DNA of 33,410 bases, from contig JAUCBJ010003854.1 in NCBI GenBank assembly GCA_032718475.1, positions 1-33,410 of the forward strand, given 5' to 3'. The notes under the pieces are model-generated. The model had not been told where the DNA came from. It did no database searches and worked only from the letters and a program-made list of their open reading frames with translations. Source of the DNA: Nemertoderma westbladi. Its lineage: Eukaryota; Animalia; Xenacoelomorpha. Position 1 is the stretch's first letter. Each line of letters opens with the position of its first letter. A program made the position numbers and the translations under genes. This document shows, in pieces, positions 10,065-23,300 of this stretch.

Positions 10065-10177
10065 TTTAGTAAGCCTAGGACCCGCACTGTCTTACTACAA
10101 CGTTGTCCAGTTGTCTGGTTGCTGGGTTGTACCGTACCGGTACTGCAGTACTGCAGTACTGCCACACTAAATAAATA

Positions 10178-11386
10178 ATGTTGCGATTATTCCGAATGGA
10201 CATTAATTCTCGTACACGTAGCGACGTAATTTCTTCCCGCCGATACGCGAAAAGCAGCCCCAGTAAACAACAGGCATCCTCTGCTACAATAGGTAAACTA
10301 TTGGGAGCCGGTCTGCTGACAGGGGGTGTCGTGTTGAGTCTCGGAGAATTCTACGACTACTACTACGGTGCAGAAGGTTATTACTTTCCCAGAGGAACAT
10401 GGGAAAACCCTTATTTACCTCTACAAGGGGCAGAAAACCCTTTTAAACAAATAACTGGTAAATTCCCGTGGACCGGAAACACCGACGATTTACAAAGAGA
10501 AAATAACGTCGCCGATTTACCTAAACTTCGAATAAAAAGACAAATTGTTGAAAAGTCTAAAAATCAGTTGCAAAATGAGTTGTCAGTTGAGGCTGATCCG
10601 GAACCGGTTTGCCCTGTTTGCCAAGTCACCGACGAGGGGGAAAAATCAGTGAAAATTGAAAGAATTCCGGAGGAAATCGATCCTAAAGAACCTGAAGTTT
10701 CTAAGGAGAAGGTTTATCGTACCGGGGCCGAGTTACTGGCAGAGGAGGAAACCGCTGTCAGGATGGAACGAGAGATTATAGAACTGCAAGAGTTGACGCA
10801 GCTGGAGGAGTTGGGAGAGCGGATGAGGGAATTACGGGTAGCTATGGTAACGGGTTTGCGTGGAAGCGAGTTGCTGTGCGAGACAATAGAGAACCAGACA
10901 GGGAAACTGAAGGAGGTTCAATTGGCGGCGGATGGCAGGGAGAAGTCGAATAAATGGGGGTCGTTGCTGTCCGCAGCTAATCGGGAAACGGAGTTGTTGC
11001 GACGGTATGAGGTGGATGAACACGAGGTTAAAGCTAAACTTGAGATGTTGAAGGCCGTTATCGATAGTAAATGCAACGTGTTGGTGGGAGAACCCGCTAA
11101 GAAAGAGTTGGATAAGTACAGGCTGGAGGTTGATGCTGTTATTAAGGAAGTAGAAGTTCGTAGCGATGAGGTTAATGGGAGGCGGAAAGTGTTGCTCGAG
11201 TCGATGAAATGTTTGGCAACCGAGATGGGCGCCGATGGCATCGAAGATAAACTAGTGGAAGCGTTCGGGAAGGAAAAGGTGTTTCTTATGAGGGAAATCG
11301 GTAGGTTACTGGATGCAGAAACGGATAAAAGGCACAACCAACTTATAGAGGATCTAAAGGAGGCGTATAAGAACCGGATGGAAGAG
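10178..11386 (+). CDS. MIC60: Exon 1 (403 codons) of a Mic60/mitofilin-like mitochondrial inner-membrane protein
   Basis: Arg/Ser-rich presequence with RRY|A, then TIGKLLGAGLLTGGVV hydrophobic segment recalling IMMT TTGKIAGAGLLFVGG. Long Glu/Lys coiled coil, EKSNKW motif. Ends in a phase-0 consensus donor GAG|GTAAGT. Homology is recalled, not searched. Confidence 0.78.
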
Positions 11387-14300
11387 GTAAGTTTATAAGA
11401 ACCGGAAGAGGTAAGTTTATAAGAATCGGAAGATGTAAGTTTATAAGGATCGGAAGAGGTAAGTTTATAAGAACCGGAAGAGGTAAGTTTATAAGAATCG
11501 GAAGATGTAAGTTTATAAGGATCGGAAGAGGTAAGTTTATAGAACCGGAAGAGGTAAGTTTATAAGAACCGGAAGAGGTAAGTTTATAAGAACCGGAAGA
11601 TGTAAGTTTATAAGGATCGGAAGAGGTAAGTTTATAAGAACCGGAAGAGGTAAGTTTATAAGAACCGGATGGAAGAGGTAAGTTTATAAGAACCGGAAGA
11701 TGTAAGTTTATAAGAACCGGAAGATGTAAGTTTTTAAGAACTGGAAGAGGTAAGTTTATAAGGATCGGAAGAGGTAAGTTTATAAGGATCGGAAGAGGTA
11801 AGTTTATAAGAACCGGAAGAGGTAAGTTTATAAGAACCGGAAGATGTAAGTTTTTAAGAACTGGAAGATGTAAGTTTATAAGGATCGGAAGATGTAAGTT
11901 TATAAGAACCGGAAGAGGTGAGTTTATAAGGATCGGAAGATGTAAGTTTATAACAACCGGAAGAGGTGAGTTTATAAGAACCGGAATAGGTAAGTTTATA
12001 AGAATCGGATGGAAGAGGTAAGTTTATAAGAACCGGACGAGGTAAGTTTATAAGGATCGGAAGAGGTAAGTTTATAAGAACCGGAATAGGTAAGTTTATA
12101 AGAACCGGATGAGGTAAGTTTATAAGAACCGGAAGAGGTAAGTTTATAAGAACCGGAAGAGGTAAGTTTATAAGAACCGGAAGAGGTAAGTTTATAAGAA
12201 CCGGAAGATGTAAGTTTATAAGAACCGGAAGATGTAAGTTTATAAGAACCGGACGAGGTAAGTTTATAAGGATCGGAAGAGGTAAGTTTATAAGAACCGG
12301 ATGGAAGAGGTAAGTTTATAAGAACCGGAAGATGTAAGTTTATAAGAACCGGACGAGGTAAGTTTATAAGAACCGGATGGAAGAGGTAAGTTTATAAGAA
12401 CCGGACGAGGTAAGTTTATAAGAACCGGAAGATGTAAGTTTATAAGAACCGGACGATGTAAGTTTATAAGAACCGGACTAGGTAAGTTTATAAGAACCGG
12501 AAGAGGTAAGTTTATAAGAACTGGAAGATGTAAGTTTATAAGAACCGGAAGATGTAAGTTTATAAGAACCGGACGAGGTAAGTTTATAAGGATCGGAAGA
12601 GGTAAGTTTATAAGAACCGGAAGAGGTAAGTTTATAAGAATCGGAAGATGTAAGTTTATAAGAACCGGAAGATGTAAGTTTATAAGAACCGGACGAGGTA
12701 AGTTTATAAGGATCGGAAGAGGTAAGTTTATAAGAACCGGAAGAGGTAAGTTTATAAGAATCGGAAGATGTAAGTTTATAAGAACCGGAAGATGTAAGTT
12801 TATAAGAACCGAACGAGGTAAGTTTATAAGAACCGGAAGAGGTAAGTTTATAAGAACCGGAAGAGGTAAGTTTATAAGAACCGGAATAGGTAAGTTTATA
12901 AGAACCGGAAGATGTAAGTTTATAAGAACCGGACGAGGTAAGTTTATAAGGATCGGAAGAGGTAAGTTTATAAGAACCGGAAGATGTAAGTTTATAAGAA
13001 CCGGAAGATGTAAGTTTATAAGAACCGGACGAGGTAAGTTTATAAGGATCGGAAGAGGTAAGTTTATAAGAACCGGAAGAGGTAAGTTTATAAGAATCGG
13101 AAGATGTAAGTTTATAAGAACCGGAAGATGTAAGTTTATAAGAACCGGACGAGGTAAGTTTATAAGGATCGGAAGAGGTAAGTTTATAAGAACCGGATGG
13201 AAGAGGTAAGTTTATAAGAACCGGATGTGAGGTAAGTTTATAAGAACCGGAAGATGTAAGTTTTTAAGAACTGGAAGATGTAAGTTTATAAGGATCGGAA
13301 GATGTAAGTTTATAAGAACCGGACGAGGTAAGTTTATAAGAACCGGAAGAGGTGAGTTTATAAGAACCGGACGAGGTAAGTTTATAAGAACCGGATGGAA
13401 GAGGTAAGTTTATAAGAACCGGATGGAAGAGGTAAGTTTATAAGAACCGGATGGAAGAGGTAAGTTTATAAGAACCGGATGTGAGGTAAGTTTATAAGAA
13501 CCGGAAGATGTAAGTTTTTAAGAACTGGAAGATGTAAGTTTATAAGAACCGGAAGAGGTAAGTTTATAAGAACCGGACGAGGTAAGTTTATAAGGATCGG
13601 AAGAGGTAAGTTTATAAGAACCGGAAGAGGTAAGTTTATAAGAACCGGACGAGGTAAGTTTATAAGAACCGGATGGAAGAGGTAAGTTTATAAGAACCGG
13701 ATGGAAGAGGTAAGTTTATAAGAACCGGACGAGGTAAGTTTATAAGAACCGGAAGAGGTGAGTTTATAAGAACCGGACGAGGTAAGTTTATAAGAACCGG
13801 ATGGAAGAGGTAAGTTTATAAGAACCGGATGGAAGAGGTAAGTTTATAAGAACCGGACGAGGTAAGTTTATAAGAACCGGATGGAAGAGGTAAGTTTATA
13901 AGAACCGGATGGAAGAGGTAAGTTTATAAGAACCGGACGAGGTAAGTTTATAAGAACCGGATGGAAGAGGTAAGTTTATAAGAACCGGATGGAAGAGGTA
14001 AGTTTATAAGAACCGGACGAGGTAAGTTTATAAGAACCGGAAGAGGTGAGTTTATAAGAACCGGACGAGGTAAGTTTATAAGAACCGGATGGAAGAGGTA
14101 AGTTTATAAGAACCGGATGGAAGAGGTAAGTTTATAAGAACCGGATGGAAGAGGTAAGTTTATAAGAACCGGATGTGAGGTAAGTTTATAAGAACCGGAA
14201 GATGTAAGTTTTTAAGAACTGGAAGATGTAAGTTTATAAGAACCGGAAGAGGTAAGTTTATAAGAACCGGACGAGGTAAGTTTATAAGGATCGGAAGAGG

Positions 14301-17300
14301 TAAGTTTATAAGAACCGGAAGAGGTAAGTTTATAAGAATCGGAAGATGTAAGATTATAAGAACCGGAAGAGGTAAGTTTATAAGAACCGGACGATGTAAG
14401 TTTATAAGAACCGGACGAGGTAAGTTTATAAGAACCGGAAGAGGTAAGTTTATAAGAACCGGACGATGTAAGTTTATAAGAACCGGACGAGGTAAGTTTA
14501 TAAGGATCGGAAGAGGTAAGTTTATAAGAACCGGATGGAAGAGGTAAGTTTATAAGAACCGGATGTGAGGTAAGTTTATAAGAACCGGAAGATGTAAGTT
14601 TTTAAGAACTGGAAGATGTAAGTTTATAAGAACCGGAAGAGGTGAGTTTATAAGAACCGGACGAGGTAAGTTTATAAGAACCGGATGGAAGAGGTAAGTT
14701 TATAAGAACCGGATGGAAGAGGTAAGTTTATAAGAACCGGATGGAAGAGGTAAGTTTATAAGAACCGGATGTGAGGTAAGTTTATAAGAACCGGAAGATG
14801 TAAGTTTTTAAGAACTGGAAGATGTAAGTTTATAAGAACCGGAAGAGGTAAGTTTATAAGAACCGGACGAGGTAAGTTTATAAGGATCGGAAGAGGTAAG
14901 TTTATAAGAACCGGAAGAGGTAAGTTTATAAGAATCGGAAGATGTAAGATTATAAGAACCGGAAGAGGTAAGTTTATAAGAACCGGACGATGTAAGTTTA
15001 TAAGAACCGGACGAGGTAAGTTTATAAGAACCGGAAGAGGTAAGTTTATAAGAACCGGACGATGTAAGTTTATAAGAACCGGACGAGGTAAGTTTATAAG
15101 GATCGGAAGAGGTAAGTTTATAAGAACCGGAAGATGTAAGTTTATAAGAACCGGAAGATGTAAGTTTATAAGAACCGGAAGATGCAAGTTTATAAGAACC
15201 GGATGTGAGGTAAGTTTATAAGAACCGGAAGAGGTAAGTTTATAAGAACCGGAAGATGTAAGTTTATAAGAACTGGATGGAAGAGGTAAGTTTATAAGGA
15301 TCGGAAGAGGTAAGTTTATAAGAACCGGAAGAGGTAAGTTTATAAGGATCGGAAGAGGTAAGTTTATAAGAACCGGACGAGGTAAGTTTATAAGGATCGG
15401 AAGAGGTAAGTTTATAAGAACCGGAAGAGGTAAGTTTATAAGAACCGGACGAGGTAAGTTTATAAGGATCGGAAGAGGTAAGTTTATAAGAACCGGAAGA
15501 GGTAAGTTTATAAGAACCGGACGAGGTAAGTTTATAAGGATCGGAAGAGGTAAGTTTATAAGGATCGGAAGAGGTAAGTTTATAAGAACCGGAAGAGGTA
15601 AGTTTATAAGGATCGGAAGAGGTAAGTTTATAAGAACCGGAAGAGGTAAGTTTATAAGGATCGGAAGAGGTAAGTTTATAAGAACCGGACGAGGTAAGTT
15701 TATAAGAACCGGAAGAGGTAAGTTTATAAGAACCGGACGAGGTAAGTTTATAAGGATCGGAAGAGGTAAGTTTATAAGAACCGGAAGAGGTAAGTTTATA
15801 AGAACCGGACGAGGTAAGTTTATAAGGATCGGAAGAGGTAAGTTTATAAGAACCGGAAGAGGTAAGTTTATAAGAACCGGACGAGGTAAGTTTATAAGGA
15901 TCGGAAGAGGTAAGTTTATAAGGATCGGAAGAGGTAAGTTTATAAGAACCGGACGAGGTAAGTTTATAAGGATCGGAAGAGGTAAGTTTATAAGGATCGG
16001 AAGAGGTAAGTTTATAAGAACCGGAAGAGGTAAGTTTATAAGGATCGGAAGAGGTAAGTTTATAAGAACCGGACGAGGTAAGTTTATAAGGATCGGAAGA
16101 GGTAAGTTTATAAGAACCGGAAGAGGTAAGTTTATAAGAACCGGACGAGGTAAGTTTATAAGGATCGGAAGAGGTAAGTTTATAAGAACCGGAAGAGGTA
16201 AGTTTATAAGAACCGGACGAGGTAAGTTTATAAGGATCGGAAGAGGTAAGTTTATAAGAACCGGATGGAAGAGGTAAGTTTATAAGAACCGGATGTGAGG
16301 TAAGTTTATAAGAACCGGAAGATGTAAGTTTATAAGAACCGGACGAGGTAAGTTTATAAGGATCGGAAGAGGTAAGTTTATAAGGATCGGAAGAGGTAAG
16401 TTTATAAGAACCGGAAGAGGTAAGTTTATAAGGATCGGAAGAGGTAAGTTTATAAGAACCGGACGAGGTAAGTTTATAAGGATCGGAAGAGGTAAGTTTA
16501 TAAGAACCGGAAGAGGTAAGTTTATAAGAACCGGACGAGGTAAGTTTATAAGGATCGGAAGAGGTAAGTTTATAAGGATCGGAAGAGGTAAGTTTATAAG
16601 AACCGGAAGAGGTAAGTTTATAAGGATCGGAAGAGGTAAGTTTATAAGAACCGGACGAGGTAAGTTTATAAGGATCGGAAGAGGTAAGTTTATAAGAACC
16701 GGAAGAGGTAAGTTTATAAGAACCGGACGAGGTAAGTTTATAAGGATCGGAAGAGGTAAGTTTATAAGAACCGGAAGAGGTAAGTTTATAAGAACCGGAC
16801 GAGGTAAGTTTATAAGGATCGGAAGAGGTAAGTTTATAAGAACCGGACGAGGTAAGTTTATAAGGATCGGAAGAGGTAAGTTTATAAGGATCGGAAGAGG
16901 TAAGTTTATAAGGATCGGAAGAGGTAAGTTTATAAGAACCGGAAGAGGTAAGTTTATAAGGATCGGAAGAGGTAAGTTTATAAGAACCGGACGAGGTAAG
17001 TTTATAAGGATCGGAAGAGGTAAGTTTATAAGAACCGGAAGAGGTAAGTTTATAAGAACCGGACGAGGTAAGTTTATAAGGATCGGAAGAGGTAAGTTTA
17101 TAAGAACCGGAAGAGGTAAGTTTATAAGAACCGGACGAGGTAAGTTTATAAGGATCGGAAGAGGTAAGTTTATAAGAACCGGATGGAAGAGGTAAGTTTA
17201 TAAGAACCGGATGTGAGGTAAGTTTATAAGAACCGGAAGATGTAAGTTTTTAAGAACTGGAAGATGTAAGTTTATAAGAACCGGAAGAGGTGAGTTTATA

Positions 17301-20300
17301 AGAACCGGACGAGGTAAGTTTATAAGAACCGGATGGAAGAGGTAAGTTTATAAGAACCGGATGGAAGAGGTAAGTTTATAAGAACCGGATGGAAGAGGTA
17401 AGTTTATAAGAACCGGATGTGAGGTAAGTTTATAAGAACCGGATGGAAGAGGTAAGTTTATAAGAACCGGATGTGAGGTAAGTTTATAAGAACCGGAAGA
17501 TGTAAGTTTTTAAGAACTGGAAGATGTAAGTTTATAAGAACCGGAAGAGGTGAGTTTATAAGAACCGGACGAGGTAAGTTTATAAGAACCGGATGGAAGA
17601 GGTAAGTTTATAAGAACCGGATGGAAGAGGTAAGTTTATAAGAACCGGATGGAAGAGGTAAGTTTATAACAACCGGATGTGAGGTAAGTTTATAAGAACC
17701 GGAAGATGTAAGTTTTTAAGAACTGGAAGATGTAAGTTTATAAGAACCGGAAGAGGTAAGTTTATAAGAACCGGACGAGGTAAGTTTATAAGGATCGGAA
17801 GAGGTAAGTTTATAAGAACCGGATCGGAAGAGGTAAATTTATAAGAATCGGAAGATGTAAGATTATAAGAACCGGATGGAAGAGGTAAGTTTATAAGAAC
17901 CGGATGGAAGAGGTAAGTTTATAAGAACCGGATGGAAGAGGTAAGTTTATAAGAACCGGATGTGAGGTAAGTTTATAAGAACCGGAAGATGTAAGTTTTT
18001 AAGAACTGGAAGATGTAAGTTTATAAGAACCGGAAGAGGTAAGTTTATAAGAACCGGACGAGGTAAGTTTATAAGGATCGGAAGAGGTAAGTTTATAAGA
18101 ACCGGATCGGAAGAGGTAAATTTATAAGAATCGGAAGATGTAAGATTATAAGAACCGGAAGATGTAAGATTATAAGAACTGGAAGATGTAAGTTTATAAG
18201 AACCGGACGAGGTAAGTTTATAAGAACCGGAAGAGGTAAGTTTATAAGAACCGGACGATGTAAGTTTATAAGAACCGGAAGATGTAAGATTATAAGAACT
18301 GGAAGATGTAAGTTTATAAGAACCGGACGAGGTAAGTTTATAAGAACCGGAAGAGGTAAGTTTATAAGAACCGGACGATGTAAGTTTATAAGAACCGGAC
18401 GAGGTAAGTTTATAAGGATCGGAAGAGGTAAGTTTATAAGAACCGGAAGATGTAAGTTTATAAGAACCGGAAGATGTAAGTTTATAAGAACCGGACGAGG
18501 TAAGTTTATAGAACCGGAAGAGGTAAGTTTATAAGAACCGGACGAGGTAAGTTTATAAGGATCGGAAGATGTAAGTTTATAAGAACCGGACGAGGTAAGT
18601 TTATAAGAACCGGAAGATGTAAGTTTATAAGAACCGGACGAGGTAAGTTTATAAGGATCGGAAGAGGTAAGTTTATAAGGATCGGAAGAGGTAAGTTTAT
18701 AAGAACCGGACGAGGTAAGTTTATAAGAACCGGAAGAGGTAAGTTTATAAGAACCGGAAGATGTAAGTTTATAAGAACCGGAAGATGTAAGTTTATAAGA
18801 ACCGGACGAGGTAAGTTTATAAGAACCGGAAGATGTAAGTTTATAAGAACCGGACGAGGTAAGTTTATAAGAACCGGAAGATGTAAGTTTATAAGGATCG
18901 GAAGAGGTAAGTTTATAAGGATCGGAAGAGGTAAGTTTATAAGAACCGGACGAGGTAAGTTTATAAGAACCGGAAGAGGTAAGTTTATAAGAACCGGAAG
19001 ATGTAAGTTTATAAGGATCGGAAGAGGTAAGTTTATAAGAACCGGAAGATGTAAGTTTATAAGAACCGGACGAGGTAAGTTTATAAGGATCGGAAGAGGT
19101 AAGTTTATAAGAACCGGAAGAGGTAAGTTTATAAGAACCGGACGAGGTAAGTTTATAAGAATCGGATGGAAGATGTAAGTTTATAAGAATCGGAAGATGT
19201 AAGTTTATAAGAACCGGAAGATGTAAGTTTATAAGAACCGGAAGATGTAAGTTTATAAGGATCGGAAGATGTAAGTTTATAAGAACCGGATGGAAGAGGT
19301 AAGTTTATAAGAACCGGACGAGGTAAGTTTATAAGAACCGGACGAGGTAAGTTTATAAGAACCGGACGAGGTAAGTTTATAAGGATCGGAAGAGGTAAGT
19401 TTATAAGAACCGGAAGAGGTAAGTTTATAAGAACCGGACGAGGTAAGTTTATAAGAACCGTAAGATGTAAGTTTATAAGAATCGGAAGATGTAAGTTTAT
19501 AAGAACCGGAAGATGTAAGTTTATAAGAACCGGAAGATGTAAGTTTATAAGAACCGGACGAGGTAAGTTTATAAGGATCGGAAGAGGTAAGTTTATAAGA
19601 ACCGGAAGAGGTAAGTTTATAAGAATCGGAAGAGGTAAGTTTATAAGGATCGGAAGAGGTAAGTTTATAAGGATCGGAAGAGGTAAGTTTATAAGAACCG
19701 GACGATGTAAGTTTATAAGAACCGGAAGATGTAAGTTTATAAGAACCGGACGAGGTAAGTTTATAAGAACCGGAAGATGTAAGTTTATAAGAACCGGACG
19801 AGGTAAGTTTATAAGGATCGGAAGAGGTAAGTTTATAAGGATCGGAAGAGGTAAGTTTATAAGGATCGGAAGAGGTAAGTTTATAAGGATCGGAAGAGGT
19901 AAGTTTATAAGAACCGGACGATGTAAGTTTATAAGAACCGGAAGATGTAAGTTTATAAGAACCGGACGAGGTAAGTTTATAAGAACCGGAAGATGTAAGT
20001 TTATAAGAACCGGACGAGGTAAGTTTATAAGGATCGGAAGAGGTAAGTTTATAAGGATCGGAAGAGGTAAGTTTATAAGAACCGGAAGAGGTAAGTTTAT
20101 AAGAACCGGAAGATGTAAGTTTATAAGAACCGGAAGAGGTAAGTTTATAAGAACCGGAAGAGGTAAGTTTATAAGAACCGGAAGAGGTAAGTTTATAAGA
20201 ACCGGAAGAGGTAAGTTTATAAGAACCGGAAGATGTAAGTTTATAAGAACCGGAAGATGTAAGTTTTTAAGAACCGGACGAGGTAAGTTTATAAGGATCG

Positions 20301-23300
20301 GAAGAGGTAAGTTTATAAGGATCGGAAGAGGTAAGTTTATAAGAACCGGAAGAGGTAAGTTTATAAGAACCGGAAGATGTAAGTTTATAAGAACCGGAAG
20401 AGGTAAGTTTATAAGAACCGGATGAGGTAAGTTTATAAGAACCGGACGAGGTAAGTTTATAAGAACCGGAAGATGTAAGTTTATAAGAACCGGACGAGGT
20501 AAGTTTATAAGGATCGGAAGAGGTAAGTTTATAAGGATCGGAAGAGGTAAGTTTATAAGAACCGGACGAGGTAAGTTTATAAGAACCGGAAGAGGTAAGT
20601 TTATAAGAACCGGAAGATGTAAGTTTATAAGGATCGGAAGAGGTAAGTTTATAAGAACCGGAAGATGTAAGTTTATAAGAACCGGACGAGGTAAGTTTAT
20701 AAGGATCGGAAGAGGTAAGTTTATAAGAACCGGAAGAGGTAAGTTTATAAGAACCGGACGAGGTAAGTTTATAAGAACCGTAAGATGTAAGTTTATAAGA
20801 ATCGGAAGATGTAAGTTTATAAGAACCGGAAGATGTAAGTTTATAAGAACCGGAAGATGTAAGTTTATAAGAACCGGACGAGGTAAGTTTATAAGGATCG
20901 GAAGAGGTAAGTTTATAAGAACCGGAAGAGGTAAGTTTATAAGAACCGGACGAGGTAAGTTTATAAGAACCGTAAGATGTAAGTTTATAAGAATCGGAAG
21001 ATGTAAGTTTATAAGAACCGGAAGATGTAAGTTTATAAGAACCGGAAGATGTAAGTTTATAAGAACCGGACGAGGTAAGTTTATAAGAACCGTAAGATGT
21101 AAGTTTATAAGAATCGGAAGATGTAAGTTTATAAGAACCGGAAGATGTAAGTTTATAAGAACCGGAAGATGTAAGTTTATAAGGATCGGAAGAGGTAAGT
21201 TTATAAGAACCGGAAGAGGTAAGTTTATAAGAATCGGAAGATGTAAGTTTATAAGAACCGGAAGATGTAAGTTTATAAGAACCGGAAGATGTAAGTTTAT
21301 AAGAACCGGACGAGGTAAGTTTATAAGGATCGGAAGAGGTAAGTTTATAAGGATCGGAAGAGGTAAGTTTATAAGAACCGGAAGAGGTAAGTTTATAAGA
21401 ACCGGACGAGGTAAGTTTATAAGGATCGGAAGAGGTAAGTTTATAAGAACCGGAAGATGTAAGTTTATAAGAACCGGACGAGGTAAGTTTATAAGGATCG
21501 GAAGAGGTAAGTTTATAAGAACCGGAAGAGGTAAGTTTATAAGAATCGGAAGATGTAAGTTTATAAGAACCGGAAGATGTAAGTTTATAAGAACCGGAAG
21601 ATGTAAGTTTATAAGAACCGGACGAGGTAAGTTTATAAGGATCGGAAGAGGTAAGTTTATAAGAACCGGAAGAGGTAAGTTTATAAGAATCGGAAGATGT
21701 AAGTTTATAAGAACCGGAAGATGTAAGTTTATAAGAACCGGACGAGGTAAGTTTATAAGGATCGGAAGAGGTAAGTTTATAAGGATCGGAAGAGGTAAGT
21801 TTATAAGAACCGGAAGAGGTAAGTTTATAAGAACCGGAAGATGTAAGTTTATAAGAACCGGACGAGGTAAGTTTATAAGGATCGGAAGAGGTAAGTTTAT
21901 AAGAACCGGAAGATGTAAGTTTATAAGAACCGGACGAGGTAAGTTTATAAGGATCGGAAGAGGTAAGTTTATAAGAACCGGAAGAGGTAAGTTTATAAGA
22001 ATCGGAAGATGTAAGTTTATAAGAACCGGATGAGGTAAGTTTATAAGAACCGGAAGAGGTAAGTTTATAAGAACCGGAAGAGGTAAGTTTATAGAACCGG
22101 AAGATGTAAGTTTATAAGAACCGGACGAGGTAAGTTTATAAGAACCGGAAGATGTAAGTTTATAAGAACCGGAAGATGTAAGTTTATAAGAACCGGACGA
22201 GGTAAGTTTATAAGGATCGGAAGAGGTAAGTTTATAAGGATCGGAAGAGGTAAGTTTATAAGAACCGGAAGAGGTAAGTTTATAAGAATCGGAAGATGTA
22301 AGTTTATAAGAACCGGAAGATGTAAGTTTATAAGAACCGGACGATGTAAGTTTATAAGAACCGGACGAGGTAAGTTTATAAGGATCGGAAGAGGTAAGTT
22401 TATAAGAACCGGATGGAAGAGGTAAGTTTATAAGAACCGGAAGATGTAAGTTTATAAGAACCGGACGAGGTAAGTTTTTAAGAACTGGAAGATGTAAGTT
22501 TATAAGAACCGGATGTGAGGTAAGTTTATAAGAACCGGAAGATGTAAGTTTTTAAGAACTGGAAGATGTAAGTTTATAAGAACCGGAAGAGGTGAGTTTA
22601 TAAGAACCGGACGAGGTAAGTTTATAAGAACCGGATGGAAGAGGTAAGTTTATAAGAACCGGATGTGAGGTAAGTTTATAAGAACCGGAAGATGTAAGTT
22701 TTTAAGAACTGGAAGATGTAAGTTTATAAGGATCGGAAGATGTAAGTTTATAACAACCGGAAGAGGTGAGTTTATAAGAACCGGAATAGGTAAGTTTATA
22801 AGAATCGGATGGAAGAGGTAAGTTTATAAGAACCGGATGGAAGAGGTAAGTTTATAACAACCGGAAGAGGTGAGTTTATAAGAACCGGAATAGGTAAGTT
22901 TATAAGAATCGGATGGAAGAGGTAAGTTTATAAGAACCGGATGGAAGAGGTAAGTTTATAAGAACCGGATGTGAGGTAAGTTTATAAGAACCGGAAGATG
23001 TAAGTTTTTAAGAACTGGAAGATGTAAGTTTATAAGAACCGGAAGAGGTGAGTTTATAAGAACCGGACGAGGTAAGTTTATAAGAACCGGATGGAAGAGG
23101 TAAGTTTATAAGAACCGGATGTGAGGTAAGTTTATAAGAACCGGAAGATGTAAGTTTTTAAGAACTGGAAGATGTAAGTTTATAAGGATCGGAAGATGTA
23201 AGTTTATAACAACCGGAAGAGGTGAGTTTATAAGAACCGGAATAGGTAAGTTTATAAGAATCGGATGGAAGAGGTAAGTTTATAAGAACCGGATGGAAGA

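Noticed and set aside
328-11337. Short antisense and alternative-frame ORFs overlapping pol, the accessory ORF, the repeats, the LTR and exon 1
   Set aside because: Shadow frames with no recognisable motifs.
10178-11398. Complete single-exon 406-aa gene
   Set aside because: The last codons (VSL*) are read-through of a consensus donor, and an in-frame mitofilin-like exon exists at 32997.
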